A stretch of DNA of 64,000 nucleotides, from NCBI GenBank assembly GCA_965153285.1, contig OZ229116.1, one strand, 5' to 3'. The stretch is from Podarcis tiliguerta (taxonomy: Eukaryota). Below are positions 38,095 to 50,967 of the stretch, one piece after another. The notes under the pieces were generated by a model that did not search any database, had not been told where the DNA came from, and saw nothing but the letters and a program-made list of their open reading frames with translations. Position 1 is the stretch's first letter. Each line of letters opens with the position of its first letter. A program made the translations under genes and the position numbers.

Positions 38095-40497
38095 CTGGAG
38101 TACAATTAAGCCTTCACTGTTCAAGTTTAAATCTTCACCAGGTAGGATTGGATCCTTTGCCTCACAAGCCTCTTTATTGTTCAGAGTTTTGGAATAATTT
38201 GCCTTTCTAGAGTCTGTAGTGAGAGAAACCTCCTGGCAGTAGGAGTGCAGAAATGCTCGGACTCCGTCAATCCCCACAAACTGTGACACGGGAGCCCCAC
38301 TGAAATTCACACTTCCCGACTCAAGCAGCTGAGAATTTCTCCACCTGTGCAACTTGATGGCCAGTAACACAAGGAGGAAAGTGAAGAACAAGCAAGAGAC
38401 AAAAGCCACTGTAAGGACCAGGTAGAAGGTGAGGTCAGACGGAGGCTCTAGAGGAGCTGAGATGCTGCTCAGGTCTGAGAGGACTGCAGGGATGGTGTCA
38501 GCCAGCACCACAGTCAGAGTGGCTGAAGCAGAGAGAGGTGGCTGCCCATTGTCCTTGACTAAAACCACCAGGCTTTGCTTGAGGGCATCTTTCTCCAGAA
38601 AGAAGCGGGCCGTCCTGATCTCTCCCGTGTGGAGCCCCAGAGTGAAGAGCCCTGGCTCGGTGGCCTTGATCAGCTGGTAGGAGAGCCAGGCATTCTGGCC
38701 AGAGTCCGCATCCACGGCCACCACCTTAGTGACCAGGTAGCCTGGCTCAGAGGAGCGAGGGGCCAGCTCTATCCCCGTGGAGCCGTCGGTGGGAGGGGAG
38801 GGGTACAGGATTTGGGGAGCATTGTCATTCTGGTCCAGGATGAAGAGAGTCACTGAGACGTTGGAGCTGAGTGGTGGAGAACCTCCATCCTGGGCCTTTA
38901 CACGGAACCGAATGTCTCGAAACTCTTCATAATCAAAGGAGGTCAGAGCATATATAACCCCTGTCTCAGAGTTAATGGAGAGGTAGGAGGAGAGGCGGGA
39001 GTCACTTCCTTGGTCATCAGTGATGGAATATGTTATTCTGGCATTTTCTTCCCAGTCTGGATCACTTGCTTTCAGGGAAAAGACAGAGGCTCCTCTTGGA
39101 TTATTTTCTAGGAAATAAGAGGTGTAGGCTGACTGTAAAAAGAGTGGGGGGTTGTCATTTGTGTCTAACAGCTGCAGTGAAATAATTGCAGAGGTTGATA
39201 ATGTCGGAGTCCCATTATCAGTTGCTGTAATAGTGATATCATAGGTCGCCACTTGTTCCCTGTCAAGGGCTCTGTCTGTCATTAAAGTGTAAAAATTGTC
39301 CATTGTTTTTTTAAGTTGGAAAGGAAGGTTATTGGGAATTGAGCATATAACCTCCCCATTGACTCCTGAATCTCTGTCTTGGACATTTAAAATGGCAATG
39401 ACAGTTCCAGTTGGTGTGTTCTCAGAAACAGAGTTGAGTACAAAGGTTATTGCTATTTCAGGTGCATTGTCATTTAAGTCTGTTACAAATATCACAACCT
39501 TTGATCTGTTACTTAGACCTCCACCATCAATGGCTTGCACCTCAAATTCATACAAGGATGATATTTCAAAGTCAAGGCTTCCTGCAAGGGTAATGTCTCC
39601 CGTTGTTGAATTCAATCGAAACATTTTAGAAATCTTCTCTGTGTTTTTCCCAAAGGAGTATTTTACCTCTCCATTGATTCCTTCATCTATATCGGTGGCT
39701 CTCACTGTGCAAACTATAAACCCTTTAGGAATATTTTCCTTTATGGTTGCTTCAAAGATCTGTTGTGTGAAAACCGGTGCATTGTCATTTGCATCTAGAA
39801 CAATCACATGAATTTGAGCAGTACCAGACCTCACTGGATCACCCCCATCAGTAGCTGTGAGGATTAGATCATAATCTGGTTGCTCTTCCCTGTCCAGAAG
39901 TTTCTCCAGCACCAGCTCAGCATGTCTCGCCCCATTTTCTCCTGTCTGCACATGCAGAGAAAAATGGCTAATGCCTGCAAGTTGATAATCTTGAATAGAA
40001 TTTATCCCTAGATCTGGATCCTGAGCTATGGGTAAAAGAAACCTGTCTCTGAGTGTTGATGTCTCACTGATTTTCATTTTCCATTCCTTTGGTAGCAACC
40101 TAGGAGCATTGTCATTTATATCTGTAATTTCCACTTCAATTCCATAAAGTTTTAATTTACTTTCAATAAAAACCTGCAACTTCAATATGCATTTGTCTGT
40201 CTCTCCACAGATTTCCTCTCTATCTATTCTCTCAGAAATCTGTAAATGGCCATTGTTGACATTCAAAGCAAAATACTGAACCATACCTACACTGGAAACA
40301 ATGCGGAGTCCATGGTCTGAAAGCTGCTTCCCATCCATTCCCAGGTCCTTTGCGACATTCCCCACAAAAGAGCCTTTCTGCATCTCCTCAGGAATGGAAT
40401 AGCGGATCTGCCCAGAAATTAGCTTCCATATAGTTACCATGACAAGCCATTGAAGGATTCCTTTTCTGCAACTCCCGAGTCTGTGGGTTTCTTCCAT
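38095..40497 (-). CDS. PCDHGA: Protocadherin gamma-A-like variable exon (divergent EC1 to early EC5; 3' part shared with the 14777 and 25775 exons)
   Basis: ORF 38077..40497. Donor CAG|GTGAGC at 38095|38094. Confidence 0.95.
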
Positions 40498-40731
40498 GAT
40501 TTTGTACCAGGAGAAAAAATGCTGGTTCTGTTCAAAAGCTCTAATGATTGGTTTCTGGTGTTCCCTTTGGTCTGCTCCTAGATCCAGTTCAAAATAGCCA
40601 AATTGTTTCTAAGCAAAACTTACTTCAGTTTTGCTTTCTGTACTGTCATGTTCAGCCTCGCCTCAGTTATTGTGTGCTGCACTGTAATAGCTAAGGTTGT
40701 GAGGCTAGATCTTTTACTTTTTTTCCTTATT

Positions 40732-40771
40732 GGTGAACAGCGACACCATGAGGCTCAATACAAAACTGCAG
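40732..40771 (-). promoter_or_regulatory. Pcdh CSE / CTCF site with canonical CGCT box
   Basis: Minus strand CTGCAGTTTT-GTATT-GAGCCTCATGGTGTCGCTGTTCACCAAT, about 235 bp upstream of ATG 40497, in an otherwise unrelated promoter. Confidence 0.88.
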
Positions 40772-41009
40772 AAGCCTTATTTTGGAATCCTAAATATACA
40801 TTTTCTTCCATAACTCCTTCTATTTTTTATGGTATTATCAGGAAATTTCAGTTGACTGATCTTTTTGTTCAATACATTAATAGATATATAGTTCATATAA
40901 GCCAGTTTTGTCCTTAAAAAAAAAAATCACAACAGGTATTTTTTTCTCAGGTGTTCCCATGTTTACTCCCAGTCTTAGTTGTACCTGAATATTGAATATT
41001 ATAAGCATA

Positions 41010-41232
41010 CAGTGGTACCTCTAGTTACGAACTTAATTCATTCCAGAGGTCCGTTTTTAACCTGAAACTGTTCTTAACTAGAGGCCTGCTTTCGCCAATG
41101 GGGCCTCTTGCTGCCGGCACATGATTTCCGTTCTCATCCTGGGGCCACGTTCTCAATTCGAGGTAACTCTTAGTGAAGTTTGTAACCTGAAGCATTTGTA
41201 ACCTGAGGCGTTTGTAACTCGAGGTACCACTG
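41010..41232. mobile_element. Tc1/mariner (Tigger-like) MITE
   Basis: TIR CAGTGGTACCTC(T/G)AGTTAC, 18/19 match, with TA on both sides. Confidence 0.9.
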
Positions 41233-41904
41233 TATAACCAAGGATCTGGCAGGTGATTATACTATGATATGTGCAATTCAGTCCTGCTCATCTATGTATG
41301 CTGATCTATCATGCACAGCTTTCTTCCCTCCCTCTCCCATTTCCTTCTCAGAGTTAATTCTTTATTTAACCTTCACATGCAGTTACATTTGTAGGATTTT
41401 TTTCCTATGATGTGACTTTCTTGGGGGCTGCCTATGAATGACAGAACCAGATTTGCATATTGTGTGTGCAAAGTTCACGATCTTCCCTGTCCACGTGGTT
41501 TTGTCTGTCACAGGCAGCTCTTAGATGCAGGGGATTGCATCATGGAAGGTCATCTTCCACGGGGCTGTGCTTGAAAAATAATCATGCATCCTCTTTCCTC
41601 TCCATCTTTCCCTCCTTCAGTAATCCCACGTGTCCAGCTTCTCTTTCTTCAGTTCCCATTTGGTAGTTCCTCAGGCTCTTAGGCTGACTAATTTTGAGAT
41701 GAGAAGTTTCCATTAAATCCAGTAAGTAGAACTACAGAGCCTTTTCAGTGAAAGCCAATAATCAGAACAAGATTAATGGAACTAAAATGTCCAATAACTA
41801 AGACTTGCACCCTGCCCATCATGAGGATAGCTATTCATTCTAGTACCATAATAATCTGAAACTGGTGTTTTGAAACAAGAGATGTATTGAGGGAATATTT
41901 TTAA

Positions 41905-42472
41905 CAAAACAACTTTCAATAGAGATAAATTTAAATCTCTGCATTAGGTAGGAAGAATCAGGTGCACAAATCTAGGATGGGTGATACCATGACAGTTGTA
42001 CATGTGAAAAGGATCTAGGGCTTTAGCGGACAACAAGGTAAAGATGAGCCAGCAGTGCAATGCAACAGCTAGAAAGGCCAATGCAGTTCTAGTTCACATT
42101 GACAGAAATACTGGATCCAGCTTGTGAGAAGTAAAGGTATATCTATATCCTGCTTTGGTCAGACAACCTCACCCAGAGTACTGTGCCCATTTCCATGCAG
42201 CACAGTTTAAGAAGAATATTGGCAAACTGGAATGAGTCCAAAAAGGGGAAACAAAAAAAGAATTCAAATTGCAAGAAAAAGTATTTAGACTATTAGGAAG
42301 AACCTTTTGCAGGCATGAGCTGCTTGAAAGTGGATCAGACTGCATCCATAAGTAGTGTACTCTTCTTCATTAGAAGTTCTAAACAGAGACTATCAGCAAT
42401 GGTGAATTTCCTGCGTTGGCAGATGGTTGGACTAGATGATTACTGAGGTAACTTTAAACTCTATAATTCTAA
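41905..42472 (+). mobile_element. CR1 LINE 3' fragment (RT C-terminal region plus tail, internally deleted)
   Basis: Degenerate FNRDK..LHLGRKNQ.HK.RMG, EKDLG, MSQQC, ALVR.PH.EYC coding remnants. Ends with ggttggactagatga...ctctataattcta. Confidence 0.8.
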
Positions 42473-44267
42473 TATATGGTGAGAACACATGTGTCTCCAC
42501 TATGATAAAATGCAAGAATTTCACCTGCTAGAATCATCCATCATTCCATGATCCTTGTGCCTAGCCCTGCTTTGCGTATTATACAGGAAGGAATAAATGT
42601 CACTCATACCTCTGTTTCCCTTTATTTTGAGCATGTGATACTCCCCTCAATCCATCCTAAAATTTGGAGTGGTAGTATTGCAGCAACAGTAAATAAATTG
42701 TCTTCTTTTTCTGTCATTTGCCCCCAAATATGTAAAGAAGAATTTGGCAGAGTTCTTTTGGAAGAATAAATCTGGACTCTGTACACTATGGTAATTTACC
42801 TCAGACGTTGCAGATAAAATAATAGTCACTTCAACAATCCTGCCCTGGAGTCAGTGTGGATTTTTAAAAAAATGTCTATATTTGGGATATAGTCAAGAAT
42901 ATTCAGCTCCAAGCCAGGATTAATGCCTATTGGAATAAAAAGGCCTGCAGCAGGCAGTGAAATGCCATCAGGAAGGAGGCCCAGAGGACTTTCCAAGGCA
43001 GGGAGTTCCACATCCCTTCCATGAATACCTGCCAAATGTATCTCAGATAGTGGACCCCTGTGGCAGGGAGGCACATGGCAGCATGTCCACCAGAAGTATT
43101 GTACGGTAGTTACCTCATCTAGGCAAAAATATAAATTCAGGTGGTCAGGGAACCAGTACAGCTTCACATCATTTTATAAAGCCTCAGTCCCAAGGCCTGC
43201 TCATTTCTCCTCAGCAAGGAAGCGGGAGAGGTGGTTCTGCCAGGCTGAGGGCCTGCTCTTCACCTTTCCTCACTCTAGCCGCTGCCACCTCAGAAACCTG
43301 ACAGTTTGCCTGTTTTACAATTACACCATTGGACCAGTGGTCACTTTTTAATTCTGAGAGAGTGCTGTGGGTGCAAGTCACAAAATGGCTGCCATGGGTG
43401 CATGGCATAATACAAAATGGCTGCTGTGGGGAGCACGGTATACCACAAAATTAGAGTGAGCACGGTCATGGTGAAACTTTTCCCGTATTTCCATACTAGG
43501 AAAGGCTCAACCGCTTGAATTTCTGTCTGTCATACATCTGTTAAAGGCACAAGAACCCTGTTTTTCCCCAATGCCAACCCTAAACCAAAGCCTCGTCTGC
43601 CATCCTGTATCCATTAAGCACGTCTGAGTAGGTATGTATACCATTATACTGTAAGTTAACTATACAGTGAATTCTTAATGATTGGCAGGTCTTTAGCCTC
43701 TTTGCAAAGTGTTCACATTTGCCTTTGGGTGAGTTTTTAACATCCATCCACATTTGCTGTGTAGTAATATCTAGAGAAAATAACTTCTAGGGATTACTTC
43801 ATCTCAGACAAACCCACCACAGGAACGATGCATCCCAGTTTCTAGGAACAAACAGCTCATATTCATGGCATTTAAGAACTTTTTTAAAATCATATAATCA
43901 GGACTGTGCGCTCCAGCATTGCGTATATACTGGATTTTTATTTATTTTTTAGCAAGGTTTAATATGAGGACTAGTAAGGGATTGAAGGTGCTTGCTTAAT
44001 TGTGAGGGCAGTAGAAAAAGTATTCAGGAAAGATAATATTTTCCTCAGAAGAATGGGGGAGGAGCGCTGCCAGCACTTCTAAAACATAAAGGCTGCCACA
44101 GATACACACAGGAGATCAAAAAGAGTGAATATGCATTTTCTAGAAGAGGCTCCATTATGGTTTATCTGTCAGAAGAGAATTAATTACCATATTTAGTGAC
44201 AGGAAAGTTCTGGTATATTTTCTCCAGGAATAGTTTTGTATGTAGCAAAAAGCCAAGCAGTGCTTGG

Positions 44268-44448
44268 CAAGGCCGGCCCAGTACATTTTGACACCTGAGA
44301 CAGACCCCAGAATGGCACCCCCTCCCCACCAGGGAAGGTGGGATGAGTGAAGATCTATGTCAGGAACTGACATCAGGATCTGCCGCCCTGGTGGACTCTG
44401 CCACCTAAGGTGGTCACCACACCTTCCCTCGTGGGTGGGCCAGCCCTG
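44268..44448. mobile_element. hAT-family MITE
   Basis: TIRs CAAGGCCGGCCC / GGGCCAGCCCTG. Perfect 8-bp TSD GTGCTTGG at 44260-67 and 44449-56. Confidence 0.85.
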
Positions 44449-45343
44449 GTGCTTGGCATTTCAAAGCCATTACAAGAAGCAGTTCTGTCTCTGCCGAGTC
44501 TTATGTGAGAGTCTTCCCTATCCACACACCTCCCTGTCTTTGATCTTATCCTTTTAGAGGTTTGGAAAGTGGTAGAGGCACTCATGGTCCATTATATGGA
44601 AGATTCACTTTAATCCTTGCATATGGGAGTGTTTTCTTCTGCCAGTTTACATCTTTGTTTTTCCTTCTGCCCTACCCATCCAGGCAGAGAACATGAGAAT
44701 CCACATGACATTTACTAATGGCAAAGCCAGAAGATTCAGCCTAAAACTAATTGCACAAATGCGCTAAATAATCTATCTTAATTAATATTCAGTTAGTATG
44801 TTATTTTCATTTTTCTCGATTCAGCAGATGCTAGAATATCTGTCAAACAAGTGAATAAGTATAACTCATGATTATTCTTACTATGCACACATTATTCCAA
44901 AATATCCTACAACTATATGGTATATTTCGGCCAAAGAAAAGCATTTCTGAGACCCAGTAATTTCTGGAGAAGGAACTTAAGCATGTGCTTATCTCTCCTA
45001 TGGATGTCACCCATAATATTGATGTTAATTAAAAAGTTGTATAGCATCAATTATATTTTTACATACCATAATATATACTTGGCAATGAGGATCAGAGAGT
45101 CATTTTACTACTGGGCAATATAACAGTAAAGATAAGAAATGTAATTGAGTAAAATAATTTGTCTGTGTTATAACATGAAACACAAATACTGAAAAAACAA
45201 CTGTGGTGTTACTAATAAATATCAAACAAAGTGCTATCTATAATAATAGCCTCCAGTATAGTATTGCAGATCAGCAGATAGATGTAAAATTCACCAAGAT
45301 GAGTAAGTTCATATATAATCGAAAGATAACCTGATTAACTCAC

Positions 45344-47767
45344 CTGGGCTATGACTGGATCACCATCATTAAAATTTAAATCTTCACCAGATATGATAGG
45401 ATTCTTTACCTCACAAGTCTGTTGATTGCTCAGAGTATTGGAATAATTTGCCTTGGAAATACTAAATTGGCTTTTCTTAGAGCCTGATGTCAGAGAAACA
45501 TCATGGCAGTAGGAGTGCAGAAATGCTCGGACTCCGTCAATCCCCACAAACTGTGAGATAGGAGCGCCACTGAAATTCACACTCCCTGACTCAAGCAGCT
45601 GAGAATTTCTCCACCTGTGCAACTTGATGGCCAGTAACACGAGGAGGAAGATGAAGAACAAGCAAGAGACAAAAGCCACTGCAAGGACCAGGTAGAAGGT
45701 GAGGTCAGACGGAGGCTCTACAGGAGCTGAGATGCTGCTCAGGTCTGAGAGCATTGCAGGGATGGTGTCAGCCAGCACCACGGTCAGAGTGGCTGAAGCA
45801 GAGAGAGGTGGCTGCCCATTGTCCTTGACTAAAACCACCAGGCTTTGCTTGAGGGCATCTTTCTCCAGAAAGAAGCGGGCCGTCCTGATCTCTCCCGTGT
45901 GGAGCCCCAGAGTGAAGAGCCCTGGCTCAGTGGCCTTGATCAGCTGGTAGGAGAGCCAGGCATTCTGGCCAGAGTCTGCATCCACAGCCACCACCTTAGT
46001 GACCAGGTAGCCTGGCTCAGAGGAGCGAGGGGCCAGCTCTATCCCTGTGGAACCGTCAGTGGGAGGGGAAGGGTAAAGGATTTGGGGAGCGTTGTCATTC
46101 TGATCGAGGATGAAGAGAGTCACTGAGACATTGGAGCTGAGTGGTGGAGAACCTCCGTCTTGGGCCTTTACACGGAACCGAATGTCTCGAAACTCTTCAT
46201 AATCAAAGGAGGTCAGAGCATATATAACCCCCGTCTCAGAGTTAATGGAGAGGTAGGAGGAGAGGCGGGAGTCACTTCCTTGGTCATCAGTGATGGAATA
46301 TGTTATTCTGGCATTTTCTTCCCAGTCAAGATCATTTGCTCTTAAGGAAGAGACCATGGCTCCTCTTTGGTTATTCTCAACAAAATAGAAAGTATAGTCT
46401 GCTTTTTCAAAGAGGGGTGGGTTGTCATTTGTGTCTAAAACATGAAGTGTGATAACTGTGACTGTAGAAAGAGGGGGGACTCCATGGTCAGTAACAGTGA
46501 CAGTAATATTGAAGATTGACACCTGTTCTCTGTCAAGGGCACCATCAGTCACCAAACTGTAAAAGTTATCCATGGACTTCTTTAGCTGGAAAGGGAGATT
46601 GCTAGGGATTGAACATGTGATTTCCCCATTGACTCCTGAATCTCGGTCTTGGACATTTAAAATGGCAATTACCGTTTGGGATGGTGAACTTTCAAGTATG
46701 GTGTTGGTGGCAAAGTTAACTGATAATTCAGGTGCATTGTCATTCAGATCCGTAACAGATATCACAACTTTTGATCTGTCACTCAGCCTTCCTCCATCTT
46801 TGGCTTGTATCTCAAATGCATATAAAGATGATTCCTCATAATCAAGATTCCCAATAAGGATGATTTCACCTGTTGTGGAATTTAACAGAAACATTTCGGA
46901 GTCTTTCTTTGTGATTTTTTGGAAAAAGTATTTAATATCTCCATTGATTCCTTCATCCTTATCAGTTGCTCTCACTGTCAAAAGTGTGGACCACTTGGGA
47001 ATATTCTCATTGACATTCACTTCATAGAGAGGTTGGCTGAAAACTGGTGCATTGTCATTTGCATCAATAACAACGATGTGGATTTGTAATGTGCCAGATC
47101 TGATGGGATGACCTCCATCAGTAGCTGTGAGAAGCAGATCGTAAGCTGATTGTTCCTCTCTGTCCAATGATTTTTCCAACACAAGTTCAGCAAGTTTGAC
47201 ACCATTTTCTTCTGTTTGCACATGCAAAGCAAAATGGCTACTGCCTGTGAGTTGGTAGCTCTGCACGGAATTTATCCCCCAATCTGGATCTTGAGCTTCA
47301 GGAAGAGGAACCTCAAATCCAGGTGTAGATGCCTCACTGATTTCCAGCTCCTGTTCCCATAGAGGGAAGTGGGGAGCATTATCATTTATATCTGTAATTT
47401 CCACTTCAATTCCATAAAGCTTCAGTTTGCTTTCAACAAGAACCTGAAACTTCAACAAACATTTCTCTGCCTCTCCACAAATTTCCTCTCTATCTATTCT
47501 CTCAGATATCTGCAAATGGCCATTGTTGGCATTCAAAGAAAAATACTGAATCATACCTACAGGGTATACAATGCGCAGTCCATGGTTTGGGAGCTGCTTG
47601 CCATCCATTCCCAGGTCCTTTGCAACATTCCCCACGGAAGAGCCTTTGTGCATCTCTTCTGGAATGGAGTAGTGGATCTGCCCAGAAACTGCCCTCCAAT
47701 AAAACATCATGAAAAGGCACTGGAAGATTCCCTTTCTGCAATTCCACAGCCTCTGAGTTCCTTCCAT
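45344..47767 (-). CDS. PCDHGA: Protocadherin gamma-A-like variable exon (distinct, longer cytoplasmic tail)
   Basis: ORF 45335..47767. Donor CAG|GTGAGT at 45344|45343. Confidence 0.95.
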
Positions 47768-47955
47768 CCTTGCAGCAGGTTAAAGGCTCTTATGTTCTGG
47801 TTCAAATGATGCTGTACCCAATTTTTTTCTAAGGAAAATGCACTTCCATTTCTTCTTTGCACTGACAAGCAGCTTGTTCCTTCAGATATTTTGTGTTTGT
47901 GTTTAACGGAAAGGCAACTTCAGTTGGGCAGGATTTCTCATTTCTGCTCCGTTCT

Positions 47956-47995
47956 GGTGAACAGTGACACCCAGAGGCTCAAGCCCAAAGTGCAA
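47956..47995 (-). promoter_or_regulatory. Pcdh CSE / CTCF site (CACT variant)
   Basis: GAGCCTCTGGGTGTCACTGTTCACC upstream of ATG 47767. Confidence 0.8.
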
Positions 47996-49652
47996 AAACT
48001 TCACTTTTGAAAATTAAATAAACACCATTTCACTGTACTATTATATTATAATAGTATAAGTATTATAAATGAAGATATAGCTAGGATAACTATGTATATT
48101 TTTCTATATTCTTTATTTTTTTCCTTCAAATTTACCCACTAAGGATAAAGAAGAGTGACAACTTTTGTTGTTGTAAACAAACTGAAATGGAGCAGGAAAG
48201 ACAAGTGTGTTTAGGGTTCCTGCCCCACCCCATTACTGGAAATTCTGGAATGAATTGAATTCTGAAATATTGAACTTTCTCAGCAGTGTTGTTTGCTGGA
48301 TATTCAAAAGATTCATTTTGGATGCCGAAAAAAGTCTCTGGTACTTCCTATTTTCTTTGTGTTAGTGCAATGTCTGAGGATGCTTATAGTTATAAAGTGA
48401 GGAAACTGATATGCTGGCACACAGTTCTTTCCTGCTGTTTTCATGGGGAAACAGAGGCATCCATGTGCAGAAAGGCTGACAGAGTTGCGGCATTAGCCAA
48501 TGACATTCATTGTTGTGTGGCACCAAATACGCTGGTGTGCATGAAATTCAGCACAACTTGCTGGTATATCAGTCAAAGACCAGAGTTCCTTAGCACAGCA
48601 GGTACCACAGTGAAAAGAACAGGACAGAAATGCTGGCGTTAAAATCAGGAAAATTAACTAATGCAATATTCCCCACAAATTTGAATGCAGCCTCTCCCCC
48701 TACCCCAATATCATAACATTGATCTACTTTTCTGGGTTATTGTAAGAGTTACCACAGCACTATATGTGAAGCGCCTTGAACATTCTTAACACTAGGTATT
48801 ACTGCACAGAGCAAAGAAGTAAGATGGCTACATTCTCTGTAATTTATTGCCACTGCTTATCTGGAAAGGGCTCTGCTTCAGTCACGGCAAGGTTAGGGTC
48901 ATGCAGGTGCACCAGCAGGAATGCCAGATTGGTTGCTGACAGAAGCATACAGACCCAGCCACACCGCTGCCTCATCCACAGCTCCAGCTTATCACAAACA
49001 TCACTACTGTGGATGGATAACAATGGTAGCTTAGAAGCACACATGTGAAAACTGGATGTCAAACTCAGAAGAGAGCTTTATTAAAAACTAGCATGTGAGG
49101 GCTTGTTAAACAGCAGAGGTAGGTGGTTTTCGGCCATCTTCTTTGGAGAGCTTGATGTTGTGCTTCTTGTTCTACATGATTAAACTGCTAAAACTGAATT
49201 TGGCCATTAGCAGGAGGGACAAAACACTGAATTATCCACTAGATAATGCCAACAAATGTTCTTTTAACATTAGTCTTCATCTTTCCTAATGGAATATACA
49301 CTGGTGGTGAACATGACCCAGCTTTAAAGTACAGCAATTACAGGATGTGCAGATGTATGTCCTGGCCAGATTGACTCTCCATAAGAAAACATTCCATGCC
49401 AAAGAGTTAAAAGGGCATCTACCATTGGTAGCTGTGACTCAATAGTCATTTGTCCCCTATATTTCTACAGTATGGAAGCATGACTAGAGATGGTATAAGT
49501 AGATATACTAACCACATGCTCCACATCCACACATCCTTACATACAAAGTGTTCACTACAACTGTTACAATTTGTCATAATCTCTAATGCAAATGCCGAGG
49601 AAAGGAATGCCAGTACTTTGGGATTGCATCCACATTGGACATCAGTAATATA

Positions 49653-49894
49653 CAGTGGTATCTCAGGTTAAGTACTTAATTCGTTCTGGAGGTCCGTTCT
49701 TAACCTGAAACTGTTCTTAACCTGAATCACCACATTAGCTAATGGGGCCTTCCGCTGCTCCTGAGCCTCCGGAGCCCAATTTCTGTTCTTATCCTGAAGC
49801 AAAGTTCTTAACCTGAAGCACTATTTCTGGGTTAGCGGAGTGTGTAACCTGAAGCGTATGTAACCTGAAGCGTATGTAACCTGAGGTACCACTG
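49653..49894. mobile_element. Tc1/mariner (Tigger-like) MITE, same family as 41010-41232
   Basis: TIR CAGTGGTA(T/C)CTCAGGTTA, TA flanks, internal gtaacctgaagcgtat repeats. Confidence 0.9.
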
Positions 49895-50967
49895 TATAAG
49901 AGAATACAGGACCTGGCCAGGGCAGGAGCCGGGGGGGGGGGCAGGGGATAGTTTCGGGTTCATGATACGGTCATGTTTGGTTTAGGGTATTTGTCAATTC
50001 AGGGACCATTTCCAGTATATACATATCTTGGAAGCGGGGGGTGGGATATGTGCATATTATTTAATTTTTTATTTAAATTAATTCTATAGTCCCCCCACCA
50101 CTACCCCCCCCACAAAGAGTGGTATACAACATCTCTAGAAATCATGCCAAGAGAAACTCCCTTTTGATGTCACTCTTCTACACAGGTTGTACATGAGCAT
50201 TTTTCATTCTACAAACAGCATGCAGTCACAGGACCTAAGAAATGCTTGTACTACTGATAGCTTCCATCAGAGCTCCACCACTTAATATGTTGTGCTATTC
50301 TCATCAGACCCAAATCCCAAGCCCGTCTGTGACAGGAACACAATATCCAAATGCTATGTAAGATTATCTGTATTTATGAGAACCAAATCAAGTTATTCTA
50401 AAACGTTTAGTGATTAATCAATCCTTTACTCTCATTAAATAATCCAACCCATAAACACTTCCTTCCACACACACTTCCTAAAATTCAGTTGAAAAACTTT
50501 ACCAATTACTAAGAAATTTACCAACTTATTTAAAGAATATTCTATGAAAGACTTTTTGGTATTTCTTCTTGTAAATTTCTTAAAGGACAGAATGTGAAAA
50601 TAGCTACATATTCAATTGCATTTGTACTGCAAAGATAAGAAGAAGAAGAAAATATCATTCTCTCCACTCAGCCATGCTGCTCCACTCTGTGATCTTAGCA
50701 CGACATCGAGTTACCATGCAGATGTGTACCTGGACAATTCTGGCACAGCCTCCACCATCCTGCTATGCTGCCCCTTAATAGCTGCTGGAAGGTCCAGTTA
50801 GCTTGCTCTACAGCAGTAGCAGCTCAATACTACTCCTTACCTACTTCCCTGATGACATGGTCTGAATTCTCTGGGATGCCAGTTTGATAACATCCACTGT
50901 TTACAAATAAACTCTCAAACAAGTGATAACACCAAATTCCCTATAAGGAACATGCAATATAACTCAC

